Assembly: GCF_046154385.1 (NCBI RefSeq)
Contig: NZ_JBJXFW010000006.1
Location: 38,705-102,704, forward strand
Direction: 5' to 3'
DNA from: Sphingorhabdus sp.
GTDB taxonomy: Bacteria > Pseudomonadota > Alphaproteobacteria > Sphingomonadales > Sphingomonadaceae
Length of the DNA: 64,000 nt
Part shown: in pieces, positions 1 through 11,016 of the stretch
How positions within the stretch are numbered: position 1 is the first letter of the stretch
Layout: each line of letters begins with the position of its first letter
Translations under genes and position numbers: made by a program
The notes under the pieces: generated by a model
What the model was told of the DNA's origin: nothing
The model's input: the letters and a program-made list of their open reading frames with translations, nothing else
Database searches by the model: none

Positions 1-1738
<1,738 letters not shown>

Positions 1739-1814
1739 CTAATGCGACCGTTTTCCACATCTATTTGACTTGTAAAATCAGGCAGTTGGCTGTTTTTCGA
1801 TGTTGCGCGGATTA

Positions 1815-2104
1815 TTTCGTCAAAAGGAAGAAGGAAAAGAAGAAAAAAGGAAGTGGGTTCGCGCCATTCTTTACCTCGCACTACGTCACCCTGAACTTGT
1901 TTCAGGGTCCATCCAGAGGGCGCCCCCGTGGGTAGAGTTATGAAGCCTACCATAACTTTTAAGCATTCCACGGCGGAGTTTCGCGGAGCGATAGACCCTG
2001 AAACAAGTTCAGAGTGACGGGAAGTCTAAGGAAGACGCGAACTCGGGAATGTCTCCATTTCCAACCCTTTTTCCTTCTTTTCCTTCTTCCTTCTGACGAA
2101 AAAA
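1815..2104. repeat. Nested-palindrome MITE-like element, copy 1 (family A)
   Basis: Outer arms TTTCGTCAAAAGGAAGAAGGAAAAGAAGAAAAAAGG (1815-1853) and its reverse complement CCCTTTTTCCTTCTTTTCCTTCTTCCTTCTGACGAAAAAA (2065-2104). Inner arms GTCACCCTGAACTTGTTTCAGGGTCC (1885-1910) and GACCCTGAAACAAGTTCAGAGTGAC (1994-2018). Each inner arm is itself a hairpin (CCCTGAA/TTCAGGG). Lies between divergent gyrB and the acyl-CoA ligase gene. Confidence 0.85.
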
Positions 2105-2145
2105 CTGGCACAACCAAATTTCCGAAATCCAACCCAAGGCACCCA

Positions 2146-3714
2146 ATGACCTTTGATCCGCAGGCCGAACTTGAAAAACCCTTTGGCTCCTACCCCGATC
2201 TGATTGCGCATTGGGGGCAGGACCGGCCGGGGCGGGTTGCGCTTGATGATGGGCGGGAGAGTTTGACCTGGGGGCAGGTGGCGGCGCTGGTTGACCGGAT
2301 GGCGACGCAGATGCAGCGCGATGGATTGCGCAAGGGGCAGGCGGTCGCGATCCTCGGCACGACCTCGGTCCGCTATGCCCTCGCCTATCTGGCCGCCGTG
2401 CGGGCGGGTGGCTGTGCGGCGCCGCTCACGACTTCAGCCGCGCCCGGGCAGCTTGACGCGATGCTGCGCGACAGCGGGGCGATGCATCTGTTCATCGACG
2501 CACCCAAGCGCGCTGATCTGGCGGGGGAAGATCTGCCGCCGCTCAAAACCATCATGCTGGACGCCCCACTGCCCGATGCGCCGGACATATATGGTTGGAT
2601 GGCGGAGGAAGGCGCGACGCCAGCAGATTTGGGCTGCACCGCCAGCGATCCGTTCAACATCATCTATTCCAGCGGCACGACCGGCACGCCCAAGGGCATT
2701 GTCCATTCGCGCGGGATGCGCTGGAAACATGCCGCCGTCGGCCCCAATGCAGGCTATGGCGAGCCGGAGCAGAAAACGCTCATCTCCACGCCGCTTTATT
2801 CGAACACGACGCTCGCGCTGGTGATGCCGACGCTCGCTTATGGCGGCAGCCTTTACATGATGCCCAAATTCGACGCCGCGCGCTATCTGGAGATTGCAGC
2901 GGGGGAACGGATTACGCACACCATGCTGGTGCCGGTGCAGTATAAGCGCCTGATGGAACATGACGCGTTCGACAGCTTCGACCTGTCGTCCTTCCAGATC
3001 AAATATTGCACCAGCGCACCCTTTTCCGCCACATTAAAGGCCGAGGTGGTCCGCCGCTGGCCGGGGGCGCTGATCGAGATTTATTCGATGACCGAGGGCG
3101 GCGTCGTCTGCCTTTTGCACGCGCATAAATATCCGGACAAGCTGCACACCGTCGGCCAGCCCGCACCGGGCAGCGAGGTGTTCACCATCGACGAAGAAGG
3201 CAACCGCCTGCCGCCGGGCAGCATTGGCGAACTTGTCGGGCGGTCGCCGACGATGATGTCCGGATACCAGAACCAGCCGGAAAAAACGCAGGAAGCAAGC
3301 TGGTACGATGAAGACGGCGGCCGGTGGCAGCGGATGGGCGATATCGGCCGCGTCGATGAAGACGGCTTTGTCGAACTGGTCGGCCGCGCCAAGGACATGA
3401 TCATTTCGGGCGGGTTCAACATCTACCCCGTCGATCTGGAGGCCGTGTTGCTGCAGCATCCGGATGTCGAGGAAGCCGCCGTGATCGGCATGCCGAGCGA
3501 ACAATGGGGCGAAACACCCATCGGCTTTGTCACGCCCGCCAAGGGTGCCGCGCTCGACAGCGCCGCCGTGCTGGCCGCGACCAATGCGCAGCTTGGCAAG
3601 ACGCAGCGCCTGTCCGCGCTTTACGAAATTGCCGAAATGCCGCGCAGCCATATCGGCAAGCTGCTGAAAACCGACCTGCGCGATCTCGCGGCGGAGAAGC
3701 AGCATGCATCCTGA
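2146..3714 (+). CDS. AMP-dependent synthetase/ligase (acyl-CoA ligase family)
   Basis: AMP-binding signature IIYSSGTTGTPKGIVHS, plus later GELVGRSPTMMSGY and GDIGRVDEDGFVELVGRAKDMIISGGFNIYP. Start moved to ATG 2146 (MTFDPQ...) because the upstream part of ORF 2014..3714 translates the repeat element. Confidence 0.85.
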   Translation: MTFDPQAELEKPFGSYPDLIAHWGQDRPGRVALDDGRESLTWGQVAALVDRMATQMQRDGLRKGQAVAILGTTSVRYALAYLAAVRAGGCAAPLTTSAAPGQLDAMLRDSGAMHLFIDAPKRADLAGEDLPPLKTIMLDAPLPDAPDIYGWMAEEGATPADLGCTASDPFNIIYSSGTTGTPKGIVHSRGMRWKHAAVGPNAGYGEPEQKTLISTPLYSNTTLALVMPTLAYGGSLYMMPKFDAARYLEIAAGERITHTMLVPVQYKRLMEHDAFDSFDLSSFQIKYCTSAPFSATLKAEVVRRWPGALIEIYSMTEGGVVCLLHAHKYPDKLHTVGQPAPGSEVFTIDEEGNRLPPGSIGELVGRSPTMMSGYQNQPEKTQEASWYDEDGGRWQRMGDIGRVDEDGFVELVGRAKDMIISGGFNIYPVDLEAVLLQHPDVEEAAVIGMPSEQWGETPIGFVTPAKGAALDSAAVLAATNAQLGKTQRLSALYEIAEMPRSHIGKLLKTDLRDLAAEKQHAS

Positions 3715-4174
3715 ATTCGGGCCCAATCTGACGGTCGTCATCTCGGTGTTGCAAACCGCACTGACGCCCGCATTTCTGCTGGTTGCGGTGGGCAGCCTGC
3801 TCAATGTCCTGACCGGCCGCCTGTCGCGCATTGTCGACCGCTCCCGCGATTTGCAGCAACTGCACGGCGTCACCGAAAGCGCGGCGCATCAGCGGGTGGT
3901 GAGCGAGCTGCGCATCATCGAACGGCGGATGCGCGTGGTCGGATCGTCCATTCTGTTCGCGGTGCTGTCGGCCATCACCGTGTGCATCATGATCGCTCTG
4001 CTGTTCTTGATGGGCCTGACGCAGTTTTCGGCACCCTGGATCGCGGTGTCAGTCTTCATGCTGTCGCTGGCGCTGCTCGCAACCTGCCTGCTGCAATTTG
4101 TGCATGAAATCCGGCTCGCGACGCATGCGATCCATGTGCCGGAGGAATATCTGGAACTGCCGGAAAAGGGGTGA
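3704..4174 (+). CDS. DUF2721-like membrane protein
   Basis: 156 aa with three hydrophobic helices. The N-terminal pattern LTPAFLLVAVGSLLNVLTGRLSRIVDRSRDL is typical of DUF2721. Overlaps the ligase stop by 11 nt. Confidence 0.65.
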   Translation: MHPEFGPNLTVVISVLQTALTPAFLLVAVGSLLNVLTGRLSRIVDRSRDLQQLHGVTESAAHQRVVSELRIIERRMRVVGSSILFAVLSAITVCIMIALLFLMGLTQFSAPWIAVSVFMLSLALLATCLLQFVHEIRLATHAIHVPEEYLELPEKG

Positions 4175-4184
4175 GGGCGGAGGC

Positions 4185-4259
4185 GTTGGGGACAGTCCCT
4201 GCAGGGACAGTCCCCGTAGACTTCACGCGGGGACTGTCCCCTCGGGGACTGTCCCCAAC
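4185..4259. terminator. Compound inverted repeat built from four GGGAC(A/T)GTCCC palindromes; probable bidirectional terminator
   Basis: GTTGGGGACAGTCCCTGCAGGGACAGTCCCCG - tagacttcac - GCGGGGACTGTCCCCTCGGGGACTGTCCCCAAC, between the convergent DUF2721 gene and coaD. Confidence 0.6.
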
Positions 4260-4266
4260 CCCTGAC

Positions 4267-4767
4267 CTACCCCTTCTTCTCCGCAACTCGCGCGACCACT
4301 TCGTCGCGAATGGGGGGCGTCACGAACTTGCCGATCTCCCCGCCATACAGTGCGATTTCCTTGACGAGGCGCGAGGCGATGGGTTGCAGGGCGACGTCGG
4401 CCATCAGAAACACTGTTTCGACGCGGTTGTTGAGCTGCCGGTTCATGCCGGTGAGCTGATATTCATATTCGAAGTCGGTCACGCCGCGAATGCCGCGGAT
4501 CACCGTCGATGCGCCAACCGATTCCGCAAAATCCATCAGCAGCGAATTGAAACCCACAACGCGGATGGTCGCATCGCCGATGCTCGCCACTTCGCGTTCG
4601 ACCATCGCGATGCGTTCGTCGTCGGAAAACATCGGCGATTTGGCGGCGTTGGTGGTGACGCCGATGACCAGCATATCTACCAGCTTCGCGCCGCGCCGGA
4701 TGATGTCCATATGCCCCAAGGTGATGGGGTCAAAGGTGCCGGGATATACGCCGATGCGATGTGTCAT
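4267..4767 (-). CDS. coaD: Phosphopantetheine adenylyltransferase
   Basis: MTHRIGVYPGTFDPITLGHMDIIRRG... contains the canonical CoaD nucleotidyltransferase motif (PGTFDPxTxGH). 166 aa. Confidence 0.95.
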   Translation of the reverse strand: MTHRIGVYPGTFDPITLGHMDIIRRGAKLVDMLVIGVTTNAAKSPMFSDDERIAMVEREVASIGDATIRVVGFNSLLMDFAESVGASTVIRGIRGVTDFEYEYQLTGMNRQLNNRVETVFLMADVALQPIASRLVKEIALYGGEIGKFVTPPIRDEVVARVAEKKG

Positions 4768-5648
4768 TAACGGTCCCTCTCCGTAATATAATTGGCAATG
4801 GCCCGCAGCAGGTCGGCTTCGCTGCCATAGCTTGCCAAATGCTCGTTCGCCTGCGCGACCAGCATGCCCGCCTGTTGCTTGGCGCGGTCGAGGCCCATCA
4901 GCGAGACAAAGGTCCCCTTGCCCGCCTCGGCATCCTTTTGCAGCGCCTTGCCGGCGAGTTCGGGATCGCCCTCTACATCCAATATGTCGTCGGCAATCTG
5001 GAAAGCGAGGCCGATATCGCGGGCATAGCCTTTCAGATGCGCGCGGCCTTCGGGCGGGATATGGCCGAGGATCGCACCCATTTCGACGCTGGCAGCAATC
5101 AACGCGCCGGTCTTCAGGGCCTGCAAACGTGTCACCGTGGGCAGGTCAAAGGTCGTCTTTTCCGCCTCCAGATCCATCATCTGCCCGCCCGCCATGCCAT
5201 CAGGGCCGCTCGCCAGCGCAAGGGTGGCGATCAGTTCGCTGCGGATGAAAGGGTCGGTGTGGGTGCGCGAGCTTGCCAGGATTTCAAAGGCCAGCGCATG
5301 CAGCGAGTCGCCCGCGAGCACGGCGGTCGCCTCGCCAAAAGCGCGGTGCACGGTGGGCTTGCCCCGCCGCATATCGTCATCATCCATGCACGGCAGGTCG
5401 TCATGGATCAGCGAATAGACATGGATCGCCTCCACCGCCGTGCCAACGCGCAGCGCGACATCGCGGTCGACATGGAACAGGGCGGCGGTCGCGGTGACCA
5501 GCAAGGGCCGCAATCTTTTGCCCCCGCCAATCGCCGCATGGCGCATCGCGGCATAGAGCGGGTCGCGCGCATCGCCGGGCAGCGCGAGCAGCCGGTCAAA
5601 TTCGGCGTCTACATCCGCAGCTATCTGGTTCAGCGCGTCGTGCAACAT
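4767..5648 (-). CDS. ispA: Polyprenyl (farnesyl/geranylgeranyl) diphosphate synthase
   Basis: First and second aspartate-rich motifs LIHDDLPCMDDDDMRRGKPT and FQIADDILD. Sits downstream of xseB, as in many bacteria. Confidence 0.85.
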   Translation of the reverse strand: MLHDALNQIAADVDAEFDRLLALPGDARDPLYAAMRHAAIGGGKRLRPLLVTATAALFHVDRDVALRVGTAVEAIHVYSLIHDDLPCMDDDDMRRGKPTVHRAFGEATAVLAGDSLHALAFEILASSRTHTDPFIRSELIATLALASGPDGMAGGQMMDLEAEKTTFDLPTVTRLQALKTGALIAASVEMGAILGHIPPEGRAHLKGYARDIGLAFQIADDILDVEGDPELAGKALQKDAEAGKGTFVSLMGLDRAKQQAGMLVAQANEHLASYGSEADLLRAIANYITERDR

Positions 5649-5654
5649 ATCCGG

Positions 5655-5894
5655 TCAGCCGGCGTCGAAGGGCGTGGTGCCAGCAGGCGTGCCGTCGGGG
5701 CCCAGCGTGATCGCCTCGATCCGCGCCTTTGCCGCATCCAGCCGTTGCTGACACAGCGCGCGCAACTCGTTGCCCTTTTCATAGAGCGCAATCGATTCGT
5801 CGAGCGGCGCTTCCCCGCTTTCCAGCTTGTGGACGATATCCTCAAGCGCGCGCAGCGCCTGTTCGAAATTCAGTTCGGGTGCTTCGGAAGACAT
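5655..5894 (-). CDS. xseB: Exodeoxyribonuclease VII small subunit
   Basis: 79 aa. LNFEQALRALEDIVHKLESGEAPLDESIALYEKGNELRALCQQRLDAAKARIE is the typical XseB helical hairpin. Confidence 0.9.
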   Translation of the reverse strand: MSSEAPELNFEQALRALEDIVHKLESGEAPLDESIALYEKGNELRALCQQRLDAAKARIEAITLGPDGTPAGTTPFDAG

Positions 5895-6013
5895 CCCCCT
5901 GCAATGGCGCTAGCGGCTGTTCGGGTCAAGCCTTTCGGGTAATCGCAAAATTCTTTGGCGGACGCGCATTTTTGCTTTTCAATGGCGAAAGGCTACGGCA
6001 AACGGGCCGCCTT

Positions 6014-6460
6014 ATGAAAACACCTCTCCTGATCCTCGCCCCCTTGTCCATGCTGGCGTTAGCGGCATGCAACCAAACCGAAACCCCTGCCGCCGGTGAA
6101 GCCGACGCGACCAAGGCCACCGCGGCCGCAGAAGAAATCGAAATGCCGCCCGCGATCACTGCCTCTGGCACCTATCGCTGCGCCGACAACACGATCCTCT
6201 ATGTCGATTTCCTCGGCGCGAATGAAGCCGCCGACATCCGCGTAGGCGACAAGGCCGCCACCGCCGTCCGCGTCACCGCACCTGCTCCCGAAGCGCCTGC
6301 CGCTGACGCCGCCGCAACCGACGCCGCCAAGCCCGCAGCCGAAGCAGCCCCCGCCGGTCCGCTGACATCCGCAGACGGCGAAAGCACGCTTGCGGGCGCT
6401 GGCAAGGAAATCAAGGTCAAGCTTTCCGGCAAAAACGAACAGATTTGCAAAAGTAGCTAG
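6014..6460 (+). CDS. Hypothetical lipoprotein (Ala/Pro-rich)
   Basis: MKTPLLILAPLSMLALAAC is a signal peptide with a lipobox (LAAC). Start chosen at ATG 6014 inside ORF 5729..6460; the upstream part overlaps xseB antisense. Confidence 0.6.
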   Translation: MKTPLLILAPLSMLALAACNQTETPAAGEADATKATAAAEEIEMPPAITASGTYRCADNTILYVDFLGANEAADIRVGDKAATAVRVTAPAPEAPAADAAATDAAKPAAEAAPAGPLTSADGESTLAGAGKEIKVKLSGKNEQICKSS

Positions 6461-6510
6461 TTTAACCAGGGGCTGTGCTTTCGGGACAGCCCCCCATTCC
6501 AATATTGCCG

Positions 6511-7743
6511 TTACCGGTTGCGCAGCAACCTGAATTTGATCCGGCGGCCGACCGTATAGTCCACCGTGTTCACTAGAAAATACGCAAGGCCGCCCTTGAA
6601 TCGGCTCCACCAGCGGTCGCGATTTTTCACGAGCGTACCCGTTTGTTCTTCAGATTGTTCGACCAACAGGTTGACCAGACCGCGCATATGGGCGGCCAAT
6701 GCGGCGTCCTTTATCCGAACCATGATTTCCAGATTGATAAACAGGCTGCGGACATCGAGATTGGCCGAGCCGATGTAAACTGCATCATCGATAACCATCA
6801 ATTTCATATGCAACGGGCGGGTCTGATATTCATACAGGCGTGCTTTGCGCTTTATCAGATAGCGATAGAGCAAACGGGCCGCGGGGATAGTTGCGCCATT
6901 GTCGGTCTTGCCCGCCAGCACGAGGCGCGACCCAGCGTTACGCTTGGCCACACGGGCCACACGGCGCAGGATGGTTTGCGAAGGCGAAAAATAAGCCGAG
7001 ACAATATCGAACTTCTTACCCACCTGTAACGATCGTTTTAAGGTCAACGCCCACGGCGAAATGCGGTTGGTCGGGCCGCCGAGCAGCCACTGTATCTCTC
7101 CGATCCCTGGTCGCCAGTTTTTGATGACTCCGCGGATCCCCAGATAACGGACCTTGCCGTCATGCGACAACCGGTCAAGATCATCAAAATAATTGGCAAG
7201 ACGTGCCACTTCGGCCCCGGAGAGTATCAAACCCAAATCTTCCCAGCTGTCCTCTCCGGCGCGGCCGAAATATTGGTTGGTGATGTTAAACCCACCTACC
7301 AGAGCGATGGCAGCGTCGGCTATGAGCATCTTTTGGTGGTTACGGATCAGATATCCGAAGCCTTTGCGAGTGCTGAAAAAATGATATGCCCCGCCGGCCC
7401 GGACCAGCGGTTCGAAAAATGCGTAATCGAGATCGGCCGAACCGAAACTGTCGACAATAAGCTGCACCTGCACGCCGCGCTTTGCCGCGCCAATCAACGC
7501 ATCCAATATCTCCCTGCCGGTTTCGTCGTCCGCGTACATATAGAAAAACATCCGGATCGACTGCGTCGCCGCCGCAATCACTGCGTGCATCGCGGCGAGC
7601 CTCACTTCGGGCGCGTGGACAACAAAAAGGTCATGCCCAGCGACGTCAAAATGTTTTCCGGGAAATCCGGTAAGGGAAAGACGGGCCGCCATCAGGTCGA
7701 GGTAGTGCCTCCCGCCAAAATCGGCAAGCAAAGCATGGGACAC
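6511..7743 (-). CDS. Phospholipase D / cardiolipin-synthase-like protein (two HKD motifs)
   Basis: HKD motifs [18 protein letters not shown] and [19 protein letters not shown]. The track start is a GTG, so the exact start is uncertain. Confidence 0.8.
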   Translation of the reverse strand: MSHALLADFGGRHYLDLMAARLSLTGFPGKHFDVAGHDLFVVHAPEVRLAAMHAVIAAATQSIRMFFYMYADDETGREILDALIGAAKRGVQVQLIVDSFGSADLDYAFFEPLVRAGGAYHFFSTRKGFGYLIRNHQKMLIADAAIALVGGFNITNQYFGRAGEDSWEDLGLILSGAEVARLANYFDDLDRLSHDGKVRYLGIRGVIKNWRPGIGEIQWLLGGPTNRISPWALTLKRSLQVGKKFDIVSAYFSPSQTILRRVARVAKRNAGSRLVLAGKTDNGATIPAARLLYRYLIKRKARLYEYQTRPLHMKLMVIDDAVYIGSANLDVRSLFINLEIMVRIKDAALAAHMRGLVNLLVEQSEEQTGTLVKNRDRWWSRFKGGLAYFLVNTVDYTVGRRIKFRLLRNR

Positions 7744-7822
7744 GCCGTTTTCGTTGACATTTTCCTGCTATAACCTTAGGTGCGCTCAACTTTCCGAAAT
7801 TTGCGAAGAATCAGGAGCCACT

Positions 7823-8167
7823 ATGGCACGCGTTACCGTTGAAGATTGCATTGATAAGGTTACCAATCGTTTTGACCTCGTATTGCTCGCAGCCGAGCGT
7901 GCCCGCGAAATTTCCGGCGGTGCGGAACTGACCGTCGACCGTGACCGTGATAAAAATCCCGTTGTTGCCTTGCGCGAAATCGCTGACGAAACTGTCCGTC
8001 CTGAACATCTGCAGGAAGGCCTTGTTCAATCGCTGCAGAAGGTCCAGGTCGACGAAGACGAAGAAGCCGATGAAATCGGTTCGATCAGCCTGTCGGCTGA
8101 GGCACTTCGCCTGACCGCAGCAGCCCCGGCGCGCGGCGCTGGTATGCAGCGCGATTACGACCGGTAA
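7823..8167 (+). CDS. rpoZ: DNA-directed RNA polymerase subunit omega
   Basis: [33 protein letters not shown] is the canonical RpoZ N-terminus. ATG at 7823 lies within ORF 7754..8167. Confidence 0.9.
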   Translation: MARVTVEDCIDKVTNRFDLVLLAAERAREISGGAELTVDRDRDKNPVVALREIADETVRPEHLQEGLVQSLQKVQVDEDEEADEIGSISLSAEALRLTAAAPARGAGMQRDYDR

Positions 8168-8191
8168 TCCGGTCCGTCCAAAACAAAGTTC

Positions 8192-8227
8192 AAAAGGCCC
8201 GGCATCGACCGGGCCTTTTCTTTTTTA
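8192..8227 (+). terminator. Rho-independent terminator after rpoZ (A-tract upstream makes it potentially bidirectional)
   Basis: AAAAGGCCCGG-catcga-CCGGGCCTTTT followed by CTTTTTT. Located between convergent rpoZ and the DUF3800 gene. Confidence 0.8.
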
Positions 8228-8233
8228 GGGATG

Positions 8234-8839
8234 TTATTCGGTGCGACCTGACAATATCCGCAATTGAATGCGACCGCTTTCCAGAAAAGGCGCGACGATG
8301 GCCGCCATACGCGCCTGCCGTTCGGTGACCATAGCGCGGTTGAAGAAGGTGTTAGCGATGACATCGGCAATTTGCAGGCCGGGCAGGCGGTGGCTCAGTT
8401 CCAGTTGCGCGTTGCCGCATGGGCCGATCAACGCCGCGATATCTTTGCGGACCCGCGCCAAAGTGTCGGGGCCATAACGTCCGTCATCGATAAAAACCTG
8501 CGCACAACCGCCAGTCACAGGCAGGATTGCACCGACGGAATCCTCTAATAAGGCAGCATAGATCGCGACATCATGGTCTCCCCGATCACCCCCAATTTCG
8601 GGCGTTAAAGCCGAAATTGCAATCCCTACGGTCGCGGACCAGTTCAATACCGAAAGCAGTTCGAACAAAAGGGCGCGTTCGTCCAGATCAATCCGGCTAC
8701 CTTTCAGTTCGCTTGACAGGCCGGTGGCCAACCGAAACCGGTCAAGTGCGAGTTGTGCGTCAGCGTCGTCAATAAAGAGCGCAGCCAGGGTCATCACACC
8801 CCGGCCTACACCGCCTGATTCATCGCAATAGATCGGCAT
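8234..8839 (-). CDS. DUF3800-family protein (unknown function)
   Basis: The N-terminus MPIYCDESGG and the C-terminal LQIADVIAN match my memory of the DUF3800 signature (IyiDESG ... lQlaD). Starts 21 nt after the ftsH stop on the same strand. Confidence 0.6.
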   Translation of the reverse strand: MPIYCDESGGVGRGVMTLAALFIDDADAQLALDRFRLATGLSSELKGSRIDLDERALLFELLSVLNWSATVGIAISALTPEIGGDRGDHDVAIYAALLEDSVGAILPVTGGCAQVFIDDGRYGPDTLARVRKDIAALIGPCGNAQLELSHRLPGLQIADVIANTFFNRAMVTERQARMAAIVAPFLESGRIQLRILSGRTE

Positions 8840-8860
8840 GGTGCCGGACCCGGTCGGTGC

Positions 8861-10813
8861 TTACGCGCCTTGCGGGTTGGGTTCGCCCGATACATCGCCT
8901 GCCTTGCGGCGGCCTGCCTTGGGAATAGCAGTACCGATCTGCGGGATGCTCGACGGCTTGGCAATCGCGCCATCGTCCCGCTCGAACTTGCCGGTGGCTA
9001 GCAGCGACTTGATCTCGTCACCCGACAGAGTTTCGAATTCGAGCAGCGCATTGGCCAGCAGATGCAATTGCTTGCTGTGCTTTTTCAACAAATCCGTAGC
9101 CCGCTTGTGGCCGCCTTCGACCAGCTTTCGGATTTCGGCATCGATCTTCTTCGCGGTTTCATCTGACATGGCTGAACGTTGCGACATACCATAGCCGAGA
9201 TAGCCGTCCTGCCGCTCTTCATATTGCAGCGGGCCCATCTCGTCGGACATGCCCCATTGGGTGACCATGTCGCGCGCGAGGCTGGTGGCGTACTGGATAT
9301 CGCTCGACGCGCCCGACGACACCTTGTCATAGCCGAAGATCAGCTCTTCGGCGACGCGGCCGCCCATCGATACCGACAGGTTGGCGTGCATCTTGTCGCG
9401 GTGATAGCTGTAGCTGTCGCGTTCCGGCAGGCGCATGACCATACCCAGCGCACGGCCGCGCGGGATAATCGTTGCCTTGTGGATCGGATCCGATGCAGTT
9501 TCATGGATCGAAACAATCGCGTGACCAGCCTCATGATAAGCGGTCATTTTCTTTTCGTCTTCAGTCATGACCATCGACCTGCGTTCGGTGCCCATCATGA
9601 CCTTGTCTTTGGCGTCTTCGAATTCCTGCATCGCCACCAGACGTTTACCACGTCGTGCCGCCAGCAAGGCCGCCTCGTTCACCAGATTGGCAAGGTCGGC
9701 GCCGGAGAAGCCGGGCGTACCACGCGCGATGACGCGGCCATCAACATCGGGGGCAAGTGGCACGCGCTTCATATGCACTTCAAGGATCTTTACGCGGCCA
9801 TCAATGTCGGGACGCGGCACAACAACCTGACGGTCGAAACGGCCGGGACGCAGCAAGGCGGGGTCGAGCACGTCGGGACGGTTGGTGGCAGCGACGATGA
9901 TGATGCCTTCATTGGCTTCAAAGCCGTCCATTTCGACGAGCAGCTGGTTCAATGTCTGCTCACGCTCGTCATTCTGGTTGCCAAGGCCTGCGCCACGGCT
10001 ACGGCCCACGGCGTCGATTTCGTCGATAAAGACGATGCACGGCGCGTTTTTCTTGGCCTGTTCGAACATGTCGCGCACGCGGCTTGCGCCGACGCCGACG
10101 AACATTTCGACAAAGTCCGAACCGGAGATGGAGAAGAAGGGCACGCCTGCCTCACCGGCAATGGCGCGGGCGAGCAATGTCTTGCCGGTGCCCGGCGAAC
10201 CAACGAGCAAAGCACCCTTGGGGATTTTGCCACCCAGGCGCGAGAATTTGTGCGGGTCCTTCAGGAATTCGACGATTTCCTGCAGCTCTTCGCGTGCCTC
10301 ATCGATACCGGCGACATCTTCAAAGGTGACGCGGCCATGTTTTTCGGTGAGCAACTTCGCCTTGGACTTGCCAAAGCCCATCGCACCACCCGCGCCGCCG
10401 CCTTTTTGCATCTGACGCAGAACGAAAAAAGCGATGCCGAGGATCAGCAGGAAAGGGAGCGCCTGATAAACTAGAATCAACAACAGGCTTGGCTGTTCTT
10501 CGGCCTTGCCTTGCACATCCACGCCCTTTTCATCGAGCAACGGGTACAGACTGTTGTCGCCGGGAATAGGAACCGTGATGAAAATTTCATCATTCTGCAA
10601 TTTGCCGGTGATGCGTTCCGGCGCAATGGCAACCGATTTGACCTCGCCCGCTTCGACCTTATCCCGGAAACTGGAATAGCTGATACCCTTGGCAGGTTCC
10701 GATGATCCGCCAAATATCGATGCAACAAGCAATATGGCGACAATGATGGCTGACCAAATTGCCATATTACGCAACAACGGATTGCCTTTGGACTCCGGTT
10801 CTTCGTTCATCAT
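8861..10813 (-). CDS. ftsH: ATP-dependent zinc metalloprotease FtsH
   Basis: Walker [19 protein letters not shown], Walker [10 protein letters not shown], second region of homology, and the zinc motif HEAGHAIV. 650 aa with an N-terminal TM segment. Confidence 0.97.
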   Translation of the reverse strand: MMNEEPESKGNPLLRNMAIWSAIIVAILLVASIFGGSSEPAKGISYSSFRDKVEAGEVKSVAIAPERITGKLQNDEIFITVPIPGDNSLYPLLDEKGVDVQGKAEEQPSLLLILVYQALPFLLILGIAFFVLRQMQKGGGAGGAMGFGKSKAKLLTEKHGRVTFEDVAGIDEAREELQEIVEFLKDPHKFSRLGGKIPKGALLVGSPGTGKTLLARAIAGEAGVPFFSISGSDFVEMFVGVGASRVRDMFEQAKKNAPCIVFIDEIDAVGRSRGAGLGNQNDEREQTLNQLLVEMDGFEANEGIIIVAATNRPDVLDPALLRPGRFDRQVVVPRPDIDGRVKILEVHMKRVPLAPDVDGRVIARGTPGFSGADLANLVNEAALLAARRGKRLVAMQEFEDAKDKVMMGTERRSMVMTEDEKKMTAYHEAGHAIVSIHETASDPIHKATIIPRGRALGMVMRLPERDSYSYHRDKMHANLSVSMGGRVAEELIFGYDKVSSGASSDIQYATSLARDMVTQWGMSDEMGPLQYEERQDGYLGYGMSQRSAMSDETAKKIDAEIRKLVEGGHKRATDLLKKHSKQLHLLANALLEFETLSGDEIKSLLATGKFERDDGAIAKPSSIPQIGTAIPKAGRRKAGDVSGEPNPQGA

Positions 10814-11016
10814 TTACGCCTTGATTATCATCACCTGCGCAATGTGCAGCAGATTATCCCTGCAATGTAAGCGAGAATGTTTGAATGACAATATAATGAA
10901 GTGCAATTTTTGCTCGGAGAGGCGGAGATTCCATAATCCTTGCGCCGAACGACGTTGTTACTAGAGCATGAAGCAATGGCGGCACGGACAGCCCCGCAGG
11001 ACCTAAGGTCCTAACC

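Noticed and set aside
10814-11016. AGGACCTAAGGTCCT palindrome and small ORFs in the ftsH upstream / sulfotransferase downstream gap.
   Set aside because: The stem is short with no T tract, and the ORFs (10689..10964, 10854..11039) have no RBS or recognisable sequence. This is most simply a weak 3' hairpin plus the AT-rich ftsH promoter region.
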